This document shows, piece by piece, positions 27,868 through 36,122 of a stretch of 64,000 bases of DNA. Position 1 is the stretch's first letter. Each line of letters starts with the position of its first letter. Source of the stretch: Candidatus Microgenomates bacterium (GTDB lineage Bacteria; Patescibacteriota; JACPGU01); NCBI GenBank assembly GCA_016188915.1, contig JACPGU010000002.1:241211-305210 (forward strand). Direction: 5' to 3'. The notes beneath the pieces are model-generated. The model did no database searches. It was not told the origin of the DNA and was given only the letters and a program-made list of their open reading frames with translations. The translations under genes were made by a program, and so were the position numbers.

Positions 27868-27960
27868 CAAGCTCTGGCGGGCAGGCGAATCGTGTGCCTT
27901 AGCCAATTAGGCCAGTCGCCGACACAAGCTTTGGCGGGTGGCGCGCTACCAGTGCTACTT
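27868..27960. repeat. tRNA-Pro 5'-fragment duplication plus a 20-nt direct repeat (CAAGCTyTGGCGGGyrGGCG) upstream of tRNA-Pro
   Basis: The copy at 27868-27887 directly abuts the tRNA 5' end. The copy at 27925-27945 is fused to GGCGCGCTACCAGTGCTAC, whose reverse complement GTAGCACTGGTAGCGCGCC resembles the tRNA-Pro D-arm TAGCGCAGTTGGTAGCGCGCC. Confidence 0.5.
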
Positions 27961-28038
27961 ACCGAAATCGGATATCGGTAAATAGTATTTTATCAAAAAA
28001 GACAGACGAAACAAAAAGTTTAAGTTTTCTTCTTGAGA

Positions 28039-28067
28039 TTTGACATTTTTTTGAGGAAGAGTAAAAT
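28039..28067 (+). promoter_or_regulatory. near-consensus sigma70 promoter TTGACA-17-TAAAAT
   Basis: TTGACA is at 28039-28044 and TAAAAT at 28062-28067. Confidence 0.5.
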
Positions 28068-28074
28068 AGTGGCT

Positions 28075-28204
28075 ACCTATGAAAAACAGCAATATCAAAA
28101 ATCTCATTTCTGTCATTTTGCTACCATCGCTGGACGGTGATTTTGCTGTTGGCATATAGAAAAGATTCCAACAACGAAACCACCGCCCAGGCGGTGGTTT
28201 TTTA
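28075..28204 (+). ncRNA. candidate ~130-nt promoter-to-terminator transcript (sRNA or leader) containing a 26-codon sORF
   Basis: The predicted TSS is at ~28075. The sORF at 28079-28159 encodes MKNSNIKNLISVILLPSLDGDFAVGI and has no SD. The terminator AAACCACCGCCcagGCGGTGGTTT+TTTT lies at 28177-28204. Confidence 0.3.
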
Positions 28205-28230
28205 AATACCTTAAAAATCGGAGGCAGAAT

Positions 28231-28939
28231 ATGGAAACGATTAGCGACCATTTCCCTTTTTGTAGTCTTGACGAAGCGGTTGACGTTCAGAAAAAAAAGA
28301 CGGTTTGATACTGGCCTTTTTAAGGCCGTAGAAAAATTTGTCGGAGAACTGCCTGATTTTTTGCAAAAAGATTTTGATTGGAAAAAACCGACGACGGCTA
28401 TTGTCACGCCCCTGGCCAGTTGGCGAGAAGTAGATCAGATTTTTCTTGATCGATCTGCCAGAGTAGGCGCGCGCGCGATTTGGCTGGAATTTTCCAAGGA
28501 TCTTTTTAGTCCCACTAATTGTTGGAAAAAAGAATTCATTTTGGTTCGCAATAACGGCCAGACAAGAACTTTGGTTAACCCCGAGAGATTTGCTGGTCAA
28601 CCCTTTGCCTGGGTCGTGGTCGATGATGGTGACTATCTGATTGATTGCCATCATCAATTGCGTCACAGATTGACGGAAGGTACAGATGGTCGAACGCCGT
28701 ATTTTGACATCTCTCCCTGGCTTTGCCAAAAAAGAAATGGTCAAAAGCTCGGCCATATCACACCCCTTCTGGCTTTGGCGGTCATGCATTTCATTTTAGT
28801 TTTGTATGACCATACCCCTTCTCTACTAGCCAAAAAAATCCAGCCGGCCAGTCTTTTGATAGAACAAAGATTGGGCGTTAGGCCGTTGATTGTTGATCTC
28901 GGCGTTTCACATTCTTCGGCCAGGATTTTGCTCCAGTAA
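28231..28939 (+). pseudogene. hypothetical protein gene interrupted by a +1 frameshift in an A8 homopolymer (28291-28298)
   Basis: An ATG at 28231 has a strong RBS (aatcGGAGGcagaatATG) and encodes METISDHFPFCSLDEAVDVQKKK, stopping at 28306. Deleting one A joins it in frame to the 223-aa ORF, whose only upstream start is a TTG at 28268. Confidence 0.45.
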
Positions 28940-28992
28940 TTTTTTTAGGCTAAGATAGATGGTCACCCCTTCTCTCTTGGCTTGTTTCAAAA

Positions 28993-29022
28993 AAAACGCC
29001 CCTCATCACGGGGGCGTTTTTT
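28993..29022. terminator. bidirectional rho-independent terminator
   Basis: The sequence aaaaaaACGCCCCtcatcacGGGGGCGTtttttg is flanked by A and T runs between convergent genes. Confidence 0.75.
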
Positions 29023-29064
29023 GTATTTATTCGAACGATTCGCTCTAATTCAAGCAATTCGCAT

Positions 29065-30087
29065 CTAAAGTTTCTTTTTAATCGTCGGATATTCCTTAGT
29101 TAGCACCGAGATGGTGGCGACCGCCGGAACGGCGAGCAGTACTCCCAAAATCCCTGCCAATTTACCGCCGACCAAAAGGGCGATTAGAGTGATAAAGGGA
29201 GAAATCCCTAGCGCTTTTTGCATTATTTTTGGTACGAAAACCTGATTTTCCAATTGCTGGATGATGACATAGGCAATCAAAACGACGACTGCCAGCCAGG
29301 GCGAAGACAGATAGGCCAAAATCACTGCCGGGATAGCCGCGATAATCGGCCCAATGGTTGGTATAACTTCCATTAGTCCGGCGATTAAACCCAGGGTCAA
29401 AGCGTATGGCACTTGCAAAATAAACAAAATAATAGTAGTGGCTACGCCTACCACCGCCATCAAGCTGATTTGTCCGACCACCCAAGCTCCCATTTTATCC
29501 GAAATCTTTTTGCTGACTTCCACGATGTAGGCTTTCTGAGAAATAGGCATTAAGGAAACAAAAAATTTCCTAATACCATCTTCTTCCAGGAGCAAAAATA
29601 AAGTCAGAACCAGAATGTAGAACAAAGTCGCTATTCCTCCAAAAAAGCTACTGGCCGATTTGACGATGGTATCAGCAACATTTCCCAGGGTAGAGGAGGC
29701 TGATTTGATAGAACTAGAAGAGTCCAATAAGCCGTTGCCACTGAAAGTGCTGAAAAGCTCATTAATTTTTTGAGAATAGCCTGGTAGATTGTGGGAGATA
29801 TTTTGGATTTGGTCAACAACTGGCGGAATAATCATATAGCCGATAATGCCAAAGATCAAAAGAAGCCCCAAATAAATCAGAAGAATGGCCATTATTCTGG
29901 GAATATTGAGGCGGTCTTTTATTTTGTCAACCAATGGCGAGAGTGCGGCGTTTAGGATAAGAACGATAAAGAGAGTGAGGATAATATCAAATAGATGCAG
30001 CAAAAGATAAAAGCTAATGATAGCAACAGCCACTTTGACAATACTGCTCCAAGATATTTCCCAGACGGTAGTTTGTTTTGTTGACAT
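29065..30087 (-). CDS. AI-2E family transporter (PerM/YhhT/TqsA-like)
   Basis: The protein has ~8 TM helices and the family-typical N-terminus (IVKVAVAIISFYLLLHLFDIILTLFIVLILNAALSPLVD). The start is taken at the internal MSTKQ; the longer ORF-track start would overlap rplY. Confidence 0.8.
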   Translation of the reverse strand: MSTKQTTVWEISWSSIVKVAVAIISFYLLLHLFDIILTLFIVLILNAALSPLVDKIKDRLNIPRIMAILLIYLGLLLIFGIIGYMIIPPVVDQIQNISHNLPGYSQKINELFSTFSGNGLLDSSSSIKSASSTLGNVADTIVKSASSFFGGIATLFYILVLTLFLLLEEDGIRKFFVSLMPISQKAYIVEVSKKISDKMGAWVVGQISLMAVVGVATTIILFILQVPYALTLGLIAGLMEVIPTIGPIIAAIPAVILAYLSSPWLAVVVLIAYVIIQQLENQVFVPKIMQKALGISPFITLIALLVGGKLAGILGVLLAVPAVATISVLTKEYPTIKKKL

Positions 30088-30127
30088 TATTTTTTGATTA
30101 GTTTTTGTTTTTATTATATAACGAGAT

Positions 30128-30823
30128 CTATTCTTTGGCTGGAGTTTGCTCTTCGGCGAGCGCTTCGTTTTCTGTTTCTTCTTTCTCTGGTTTCTCAACG
30201 GCATCGCCAACAGCTTCAATATTTTCCTCTACTTTTTCTTCCAGCGCGGCTAATTCTTCTTCACTCCTAGGCGGATTGACCAAGGCAATAGTTTCTTTAA
30301 GGTCGGTAATCATTTCTACATTGGCTGGCAATTTGATGTCGGAAGCCGTGATAGAGTCCTCAAAAGTTTTCAATTTTTCCAAATTGACCTCTAGCTCGTG
30401 CGGAATATTGGCCGGTAAACATTTGACCTCAATTTCAGTTTTATTAGTGATTAATGTTCCTTCCAAATCTTTTACCGCGGTCGATTCACCAACGAATTTT
30501 ATCGGTATGGTGGTTTCTATTTCTTCGTCCATTTTTACTTCATAAAAATCAATATGGATAGCTTCGTCGCGAAGAGGATCCAGCTGCACATCATGTGCCA
30601 AAACGTTACGAGGGGTATTCTCGCCTTCAATGTTTAATTCAATCAAACTGTTCTCTCCCGCTTGGCGAAAAACACGATTGAATTCTTTTAGATCAATAGA
30701 AATATTGACATTGGTTTTACCCTTGCCATAAACTACACCAGGAGTAATACCGATCTGTCGCAAAGGCCCCAATCTTGCTCCCTTCTCTTCTCTTTTTTTA
30801 GCTATCAGTTTGTATCCTACCAT
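30128..30823 (-). CDS. rplY: 50S ribosomal protein L25 (long Ctc/general stress protein form)
   Basis: The N-terminus MVGYKLIAKKREEKGARLGPLRQIGITPGVVYGKG matches L25. A beta-barrel domain and an acidic C-terminal tail follow. Confidence 0.9.
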   Translation of the reverse strand: MVGYKLIAKKREEKGARLGPLRQIGITPGVVYGKGKTNVNISIDLKEFNRVFRQAGENSLIELNIEGENTPRNVLAHDVQLDPLRDEAIHIDFYEVKMDEEIETTIPIKFVGESTAVKDLEGTLITNKTEIEVKCLPANIPHELEVNLEKLKTFEDSITASDIKLPANVEMITDLKETIALVNPPRSEEELAALEEKVEENIEAVGDAVEKPEKEETENEALAEEQTPAKE

Positions 30824-31265
30824 TTTTGCTTCCTTTCAGTATGCTTTTTTTGTTATTTTTAATTATTTCGCTGAAGTCACCTTTGAAATTTTTGATATTT
30901 TTGTAAAAATCTAGGATGTCGTCATCTTGGACGGGGCCTTTTTTGATGAAATCAATCATCTCATTCATTTTAACGTCTATCAAAAATGGCTTTTCTGATT
31001 TTCTGTCGTTTTTTTCGCTAGTAAAGGCAAAACTTGCCATAATAGTATTCTGGCATTCGCGACAATTAAGGTGGCCAACATAGCCGGAATCAAAACGAGC
31101 GACGATGGTGATATTAGACTCCATGTAATCAGCGCCACAAAAAGGGCAATGTACCAAACGGCTGATATCTGGCACTATTTCTTCGTTGCCACTCCAAGAA
31201 TCAAAAAAATTATAGCCCGACATATTTTTGTATTGTTTTTTAAATCCATCTTTAGTATAACACAA
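30798..31265 (-). CDS. hypothetical zinc-ribbon protein
   Basis: The 155-aa protein has the motifs HCPFCG...CRECQNT. Confidence 0.5.
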   Translation of the reverse strand: MCYTKDGFKKQYKNMSGYNFFDSWSGNEEIVPDISRLVHCPFCGADYMESNITIVARFDSGYVGHLNCRECQNTIMASFAFTSEKNDRKSEKPFLIDVKMNEMIDFIKKGPVQDDDILDFYKNIKNFKGDFSEIIKNNKKSILKGSKNGRIQTDS

Positions 31266-31460
31266 TACTTCCCGATGTTCAACTGTTTACTAAATAGGTG
31301 ACTCCAAAGCAAAGCGCCGCCTTTGCCTTGGAGCAAACGGGCGGCGCTATTTTGGAACTTCGAGGGGAGGTGTCCCCTCTTGAAAAAAACGTCCTCTCTG
31401 TCTTTAACGGGCGACTGAATAACAGAAAAAATGAGAGGAACTTTTTCTGTTTTGGTTGGG

Positions 31461-32099
31461 TTACAAAAACGGATATCCTTGAGGGACGAGTAAACTTTTT
31501 GGATTTTGTCCGTCCCAAGATATTTCTCCTGTCAAAACCAACTTGGTAATGTACCATTGCCAGGCACGCTCTTTTTCGTTGACGCGAGCGGCCAAAGTTT
31601 CGGCGGTGTCGTCTTCCCTTATTAAAACGGGATAGCGGAAAATAACCGGACCTTTGTCATATTCGTCGGTGACGAAATGCATTGTTACCGCGCTTTCCAT
31701 TATAAGGCCTTTCTTGTATGAGTCAATAACTGATTCGTGGACAAAGTGCCCATACATCCCTTGCCCGCCAAAGAGCGGCAAGGGCCCCGGGTGGATATTG
31801 ATGGTTTTGGTAGGGTCAAGACCTTTTGCCAATTTTAACCAGCCAGAAAGCGCAATCAAGTCGGGACTGTATTTTGCAACCAACTTCTGGTATCCCTCGG
31901 CCTCATAAGGGCCGGGGAAATATTCAAAAGGAACTCCATATTCTTGAGCGATTTGGAAAACTCCTCCCTCCGGATGGGAGGAAACGACGGCAACAATGTC
32001 GGCTGGCAAGAGACCGGTCTTGGTATGTTCAACTAATTCTCCAAAACCACTACCCCCGCCCGTTTTACTGCCCGAAGCGAAAACTAAGATTTTTTTCAT
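31461..32099 (-). CDS. purN: phosphoribosylglycinamide formyltransferase-like protein (PurN family)
   Basis: The protein is collinear with PurN: the motifs MKKILVFASGS..G, INIHPGPLPLFGG and HFVTDEYDKGPVIFR align with the E. coli PurN regions INIHPSLLP and HFVTDELDGGPVILQ, and the C-terminus ends PQGY. Confidence 0.75.
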   Translation of the reverse strand: MKKILVFASGSKTGGGSGFGELVEHTKTGLLPADIVAVVSSHPEGGVFQIAQEYGVPFEYFPGPYEAEGYQKLVAKYSPDLIALSGWLKLAKGLDPTKTINIHPGPLPLFGGQGMYGHFVHESVIDSYKKGLIMESAVTMHFVTDEYDKGPVIFRYPVLIREDDTAETLAARVNEKERAWQWYITKLVLTGEISWDGQNPKSLLVPQGYPFL

Positions 32100-32138
32100 A
32101 GTTGCTTTTTTTGAAATTGAAATATTGAAATATAATAT

Positions 32139-32171
32139 ACTTCTTGCGAAGGTGTCACCTTCGCAAGAAGT
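32139..32171. terminator. second copy of the 14-bp-stem palindromic terminator (ACTTCTTGCGAAGGtgtcaCCTTCGCAAGAAGT) downstream of the HIT gene
   Basis: The 25-bp core CTTGCGAAGGTGTCACCTTCGCAAG is identical to the one at 1575-1599. Confidence 0.7.
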
Positions 32172-32177
32172 GGGGAT

Positions 32178-32588
32178 TTAAGATAATTTTAGTTTTTCGG
32201 CCATACTTTGCAATTCCTTTGCTATGGGGCTAGCAGTCTTTTCTTCTAGCAAAACTTTTGAAGTAATGTCAGTTGTCTCTTGCATCGGTACAATGTGAAT
32301 ATGAGCATGAGGGACATCAAAACCCATGGTCATTATACCAGTTTTGAGAGGCCTTAATTCTTCGTTGACTTTTTCCGCTATTTTTTTGACAGCCAGCATC
32401 AATTTGACAAAATCATCATCGATCAGGTCATAAAAATCGGGCGTATGTTTCTTTGGCACGACCAAAATATGCCCTTCTCTTATCGGATGAATGTCTAAAA
32501 ATGCTAGACAATTTTCGTCCTCATAGACTTTGTGGCAGGGGATCTCTCCCCGAATGATTTGACAAAAAATGCAGTTGTTATTTTTCAT
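32178..32588 (-). CDS. HIT family (histidine triad) nucleotide hydrolase
   Basis: The protein has the HIT motif (HAHIHIVP) and an N-terminal CIFCQII..GE region. The start is taken at MKNNNC. Confidence 0.85.
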   Translation of the reverse strand: MKNNNCIFCQIIRGEIPCHKVYEDENCLAFLDIHPIREGHILVVPKKHTPDFYDLIDDDFVKLMLAVKKIAEKVNEELRPLKTGIMTMGFDVPHAHIHIVPMQETTDITSKVLLEEKTASPIAKELQSMAEKLKLS

Positions 32589-33105
32589 TTTTCCTCCTAT
32601 GCTTATGGTAGTCATTTTATCATTAAAAAGACATTTTGTGAAAAAAAATATTATTTTGATAATAATACTAGCAGTTTTAATCGGCGGAGGATATTGGTTT
32701 TGGCAAAAAAATGAAAATAAAAAGCAAAATTTTGTTTCGGATAATACTACTGAAGAAGAAAGGCTAGAATCAATACTAGTCCAGACAGAAGAGAAAAAAG
32801 AAAGCCAAAAGGTAGAGACACCTTTTGCTGAAAATAGGGAAGAAAATCAATCTGTTCAGGCAAAAACATATAATGTGTCTATTAAGAATTTTGCTTTTTT
32901 ATCTGGTAATTTAACCATCAAAAGAGGAGATACGGTGATCTGGACAAATTTTGATAGTATTGGGCATACAGCAACTGGAGGTAGCTTTGATAGTAAAATA
33001 TTAAATAAAGGAGAGAGTTTTTCTTTTACTTTTTATTCTTCTGGCACCTTTGATTATCTTTGCTCGCCCCACCCCTACATGAAGGGAAAGATAGTAGTAG
33101 AATGA
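32569..33105 (+). CDS. membrane-anchored cupredoxin (plastocyanin/pseudoazurin-like type-1 copper protein)
   Basis: The Cu ligands G-H-T (GHTATG) and C-x2-H-x2-M (YLCSPHPYMKG) are present, preceded by an N-terminal TM. The start is ambiguous. Confidence 0.75.
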   Translation: MQLLFFIFPPMLMVVILSLKRHFVKKNIILIIILAVLIGGGYWFWQKNENKKQNFVSDNTTEEERLESILVQTEEKKESQKVETPFAENREENQSVQAKTYNVSIKNFAFLSGNLTIKRGDTVIWTNFDSIGHTATGGSFDSKILNKGESFSFTFYSSGTFDYLCSPHPYMKGKIVVE

Positions 33106-33127
33106 AACTCTATAGCCTAAGATGCTA

Positions 33128-33165
33128 TAAAAATACCCGCCTTTTGGCGGGTCAATTATTTTTCG
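33128..33165. terminator. bidirectional terminator (ACCCGCCttttgGCGGGT)
   Basis: The hairpin lies between convergent genes and is flanked by A and T runs. Confidence 0.7.
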
Positions 33166-33619
33166 GATAAAAGCTGATGCCATCCAGGATAAGGTTAGCG
33201 TCTTTTCTCTCTAAAAGATGAGAAATAATTTTTTCCAGGGATACCCTTTCGCGACAAGCCTTGCTGGCCAAGAAACGCAAAAGAGAGGTGGTCAAAGAAT
33301 CTTTTGTGAGGTCAGAACTAGTTTGCGCGGCGGCGATGACTTTTTTCAGCTCTGCTGCCGGTAAATTTTTGGTTAATTTTCTCCAAAGGCTGGCAGCGTT
33401 ATCTTTCGGGGCTTCTGTCACCATTTTTTCAATACAGCGCAAACAAGCAGAAGTGCCGTCGTTAAAACCGATATATGGTCTTTGATGCTCTTGACAGTAG
33501 TACCCAGATTGCTCCGCACACGAAAGGCAAGCAGAAGTATTTAGCTTTCCGTCGATCCTTTTTATGGGGAGAAAAACCAAAGTTTGGCCAATATCCTGAT
33601 CACAAATTTCACAATGCAT
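33152..33619 (-). CDS. hypothetical Cys-rich zinc-finger protein
   Basis: The N-terminus has CxxC...CxxC pairs (MHCEICDQ...CLSCAEQSGYYCQEH...CLRC). Confidence 0.5.
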   Translation of the reverse strand: MHCEICDQDIGQTLVFLPIKRIDGKLNTSACLSCAEQSGYYCQEHQRPYIGFNDGTSACLRCIEKMVTEAPKDNAASLWRKLTKNLPAAELKKVIAAAQTSSDLTKDSLTTSLLRFLASKACRERVSLEKIISHLLERKDANLILDGISFYPKNN

Positions 33620-33654
33620 TCTTTCTCGCTCCCTTCGTCGGTTTTTAATGTTCC

Positions 33655-34353
33655 CTAGACAAATTTCTTGAATTGTCCAATGTCACGATCTTTATAGAGT
33701 TTGGGTAACATATCTTCTGGCTTCCAATTTTTTTTCATCGCTTCAATATTCTCATGCGTGTGGTATTTGCCACGCTTGGCGTATTCATCTTTTTCCTCGA
33801 TTTTTCCCACTTCGTGGAAGATAATTTGAGCGATGCGCATGCCAACGACCAAAGGAATAATAATGGTGCTAAAGTTGGTGATTTCCATCGTCCAGCGATT
33901 GACATAGCCAATATCGCCCCAGCCGGCGCATTTGCAGACGCCGATGCCGATTCTCCCCAATGAACTTCGAGCGCGCATTTCGGTTGTTAGCGCCGGTAAA
34001 CTCTTTGTGCCGTTTTTGCCACCGATGAATTCTGTCGTGTGAGCCAAAATAGTCTCGCCAGGCGCAACAAAAATTACCTGATCGTCGTCTTCTAGATTGA
34101 AGAAGGGATTGATTTTGGAACGAACTTTTTTTACCTCGATGGACTGCTCTACCTTGGGATACATCTTGGCAATTGATTCTTCCCAGAAGGGATTGAGTGT
34201 TTCGGTGTCGTGAGCGCGACTTTGGCGATAAAAATATTGCCCCAAACGCACATCGCAACTGCTATTGGCAATGTCTTCTTCGTTGAAGGGGTCGATGATG
34301 ATATTGCCGGCCTGGTAATGTTTCAATATTTCTGGTTTGGAGAGGACGGACAT
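33655..34353 (-). CDS. dcd: dCTP deaminase family protein (Dcd/dUTPase fold)
   Basis: The motifs GNIIIDPFNEEDIANSSCDVRLG and ARSSLGRIGI match Dcd (IEPF......VDLRLG; GRSSLARLGL). Confidence 0.8.
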   Translation of the reverse strand: MSVLSKPEILKHYQAGNIIIDPFNEEDIANSSCDVRLGQYFYRQSRAHDTETLNPFWEESIAKMYPKVEQSIEVKKVRSKINPFFNLEDDDQVIFVAPGETILAHTTEFIGGKNGTKSLPALTTEMRARSSLGRIGIGVCKCAGWGDIGYVNRWTMEITNFSTIIIPLVVGMRIAQIIFHEVGKIEEKDEYAKRGKYHTHENIEAMKKNWKPEDMLPKLYKDRDIGQFKKFV

Positions 34354-34394
34354 AGGGAAATTGCAGATTTAAGATCGCAGATTGATAATTAAAT

Positions 34395-34886
34395 TTAGCC
34401 GAGGAAATTGCGAAGACGAGGGAAGCGAGAGCAGATGGGGAGCTTCGAACACCAATTTTCCAGGCCGAAAGAGCGACCGGCTCTGAAACTGGCCAAAACC
34501 AGCAAGGCAAAGGCGTAGATGACGTGTTCGTCAACAATGAAAGCGTGAGCGTTGGGGTAGGGGAAATCCAAAATCGGCAAGTAATAAAGCGCCATCAAAA
34601 GCACGCCCATGATTGAAGCAAAACGAGTGAAAATTCCCAAAAGCAAAGCGACGCCAATGAGTAATTGTCCCCATTCGTTCAGGAAATTGGTGATATTGAT
34701 GATGTCTGGGCTGGAAAGCCATTGGTAAAAATCGGGCAGGGTTTTGGCGACTTTCAGATATCCGGCCGCCGACCAATCGGAATTGAACATCTTGGTAATG
34801 CCGGAATAAAAAAACATCCAGCCCAGAGAGAGGCGCAGGAGGATCAGAGACACTTTTTGAAAACGCGAAACATTTTCGTTTTTCAT
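34395..34886 (-). CDS. DoxX family membrane protein
   Basis: The protein has 4 TM segments and a DoxX-type N-terminus (LRLSLGWMFFYSGITK). Confidence 0.8.
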   Translation of the reverse strand: MKNENVSRFQKVSLILLRLSLGWMFFYSGITKMFNSDWSAAGYLKVAKTLPDFYQWLSSPDIINITNFLNEWGQLLIGVALLLGIFTRFASIMGVLLMALYYLPILDFPYPNAHAFIVDEHVIYAFALLVLASFRAGRSFGLENWCSKLPICSRFPRLRNFLG

Positions 34887-34939
34887 AGGATTTTGTTTTT
34901 ACTTTTAATGATTCTATTCTAGCAAAAAGAGTTATTTTT

Positions 34940-36115
34940 TCAAAGTCCCAAATGAGCAAGAAGGAGGCGGAAGAATCGAGTTTTGGGCAGGATTCGCCAA
35001 AAAAAGCGTAGATCGGCCAATTTTCTTAGCGCATAGCCAGTCTTTCCGGCAAAAGCTTTTTTGCCCAAGCAAGCGATCGCCCAGCGAGGACCGATAGGGA
35101 TAATGTAGGCGACGGGATGTCTCATACGCGTCAAAAGTTTCCCCCCGGCTATTTTTCGGCAGATATTTTCTGCTGTCAGCCGTCCGTGCGCGATAGCTGA
35201 TTGCGCGGTGCCGACATCGTCAGTATCGGCGCTGTCGCCGATGACAAAAATGTTTTTACTCTTGCTTGCTTGCAAGAAATTGTCCACCGTCACTTGTCTA
35301 GATTTGCCGTGGCGCAATTTTGCCTTGGCGAAAAAAGGATTATTTTTCGTGCCGGCCGTCCAGACGACGGTCTTTGTTTTCACGCCGAAATCACGAAAGA
35401 TGATGTTGCCAGCGTTTTCACGCACTACGGTTCTCCTTGTCAAAATCTTCACGCCTAATTTTTCCAATCGTCTGGTGGCAAGCCTAGACACATTTTTTGA
35501 TAAATGAGGCAGGAGGCGCGCGTGTCGTTCGACTAATTCAATGCCGACCGACTCATTTTTGCGAGCAAAGTAAGCTATTTCTCCGGCCAGCTCCACTCCC
35601 GTTGGTCCTCCGCCTACGATGACTATATTTTCTCGTTTTTTGGCTGATAAGATCTTTTGCAGGCGCGCTTTCAGTTTCAAGGCATCGGCATGCGACTTGA
35701 AAGGATACGCCCTTTTTGGGAGACCGGGAATATCGAAAAAATTAGTTTCACTGCCAATAGCTAACACTAAATAATCAAAGGAGTATTTTTTTTGCCCAAT
35801 AATTTTTTTGTTTTTAATGTCCAGCTTTTTGACGCGGTCGATGGCAATACGAATATTTTTTTCTGCAAAAATATCTTTGAGTCTCACGGCCACTCCCGGC
35901 GCGTGACGGTCACTGACTAGACGGTACAAAGAAGGTTTGTATTCAAAATCCGCTTTGTCGCTGATTAAAGTGATAGCGACATTGGACAGATTTTTCTTCG
36001 CCAGCTCCAGCGCTGTCGTTATTCCGCCGAATCCCCCACCGACGATAATGATCCGCACTCCGCTCTTCTCTTTGTCGAGCTTTATGGGATGAGTTTTTGT
36101 TTTGGTTTTTGGCAT
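34940..36115 (-). CDS. ndh: type II NADH dehydrogenase (NDH-2)-like FAD/NAD(P)-binding oxidoreductase
   Basis: Two GxGxxG dinucleotide folds are present (IIIVGGGFGG, IVIVGGGPTG). Confidence 0.8.
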   Translation of the reverse strand: MPKTKTKTHPIKLDKEKSGVRIIIVGGGFGGITTALELAKKNLSNVAITLISDKADFEYKPSLYRLVSDRHAPGVAVRLKDIFAEKNIRIAIDRVKKLDIKNKKIIGQKKYSFDYLVLAIGSETNFFDIPGLPKRAYPFKSHADALKLKARLQKILSAKKRENIVIVGGGPTGVELAGEIAYFARKNESVGIELVERHARLLPHLSKNVSRLATRRLEKLGVKILTRRTVVRENAGNIIFRDFGVKTKTVVWTAGTKNNPFFAKAKLRHGKSRQVTVDNFLQASKSKNIFVIGDSADTDDVGTAQSAIAHGRLTAENICRKIAGGKLLTRMRHPVAYIIPIGPRWAIACLGKKAFAGKTGYALRKLADLRFFWRILPKTRFFRLLLAHLGL

Positions 36116-36122
36116 ATAGCAA

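Noticed and set aside
27955-28789. Minus-strand ORFs 27955..28407 and 28241..28789
   Set aside because: Their translations look random and low-complexity, they overlap a tRNA-proximal promoter/terminator, and the plus-strand frame has far more protein-like composition.
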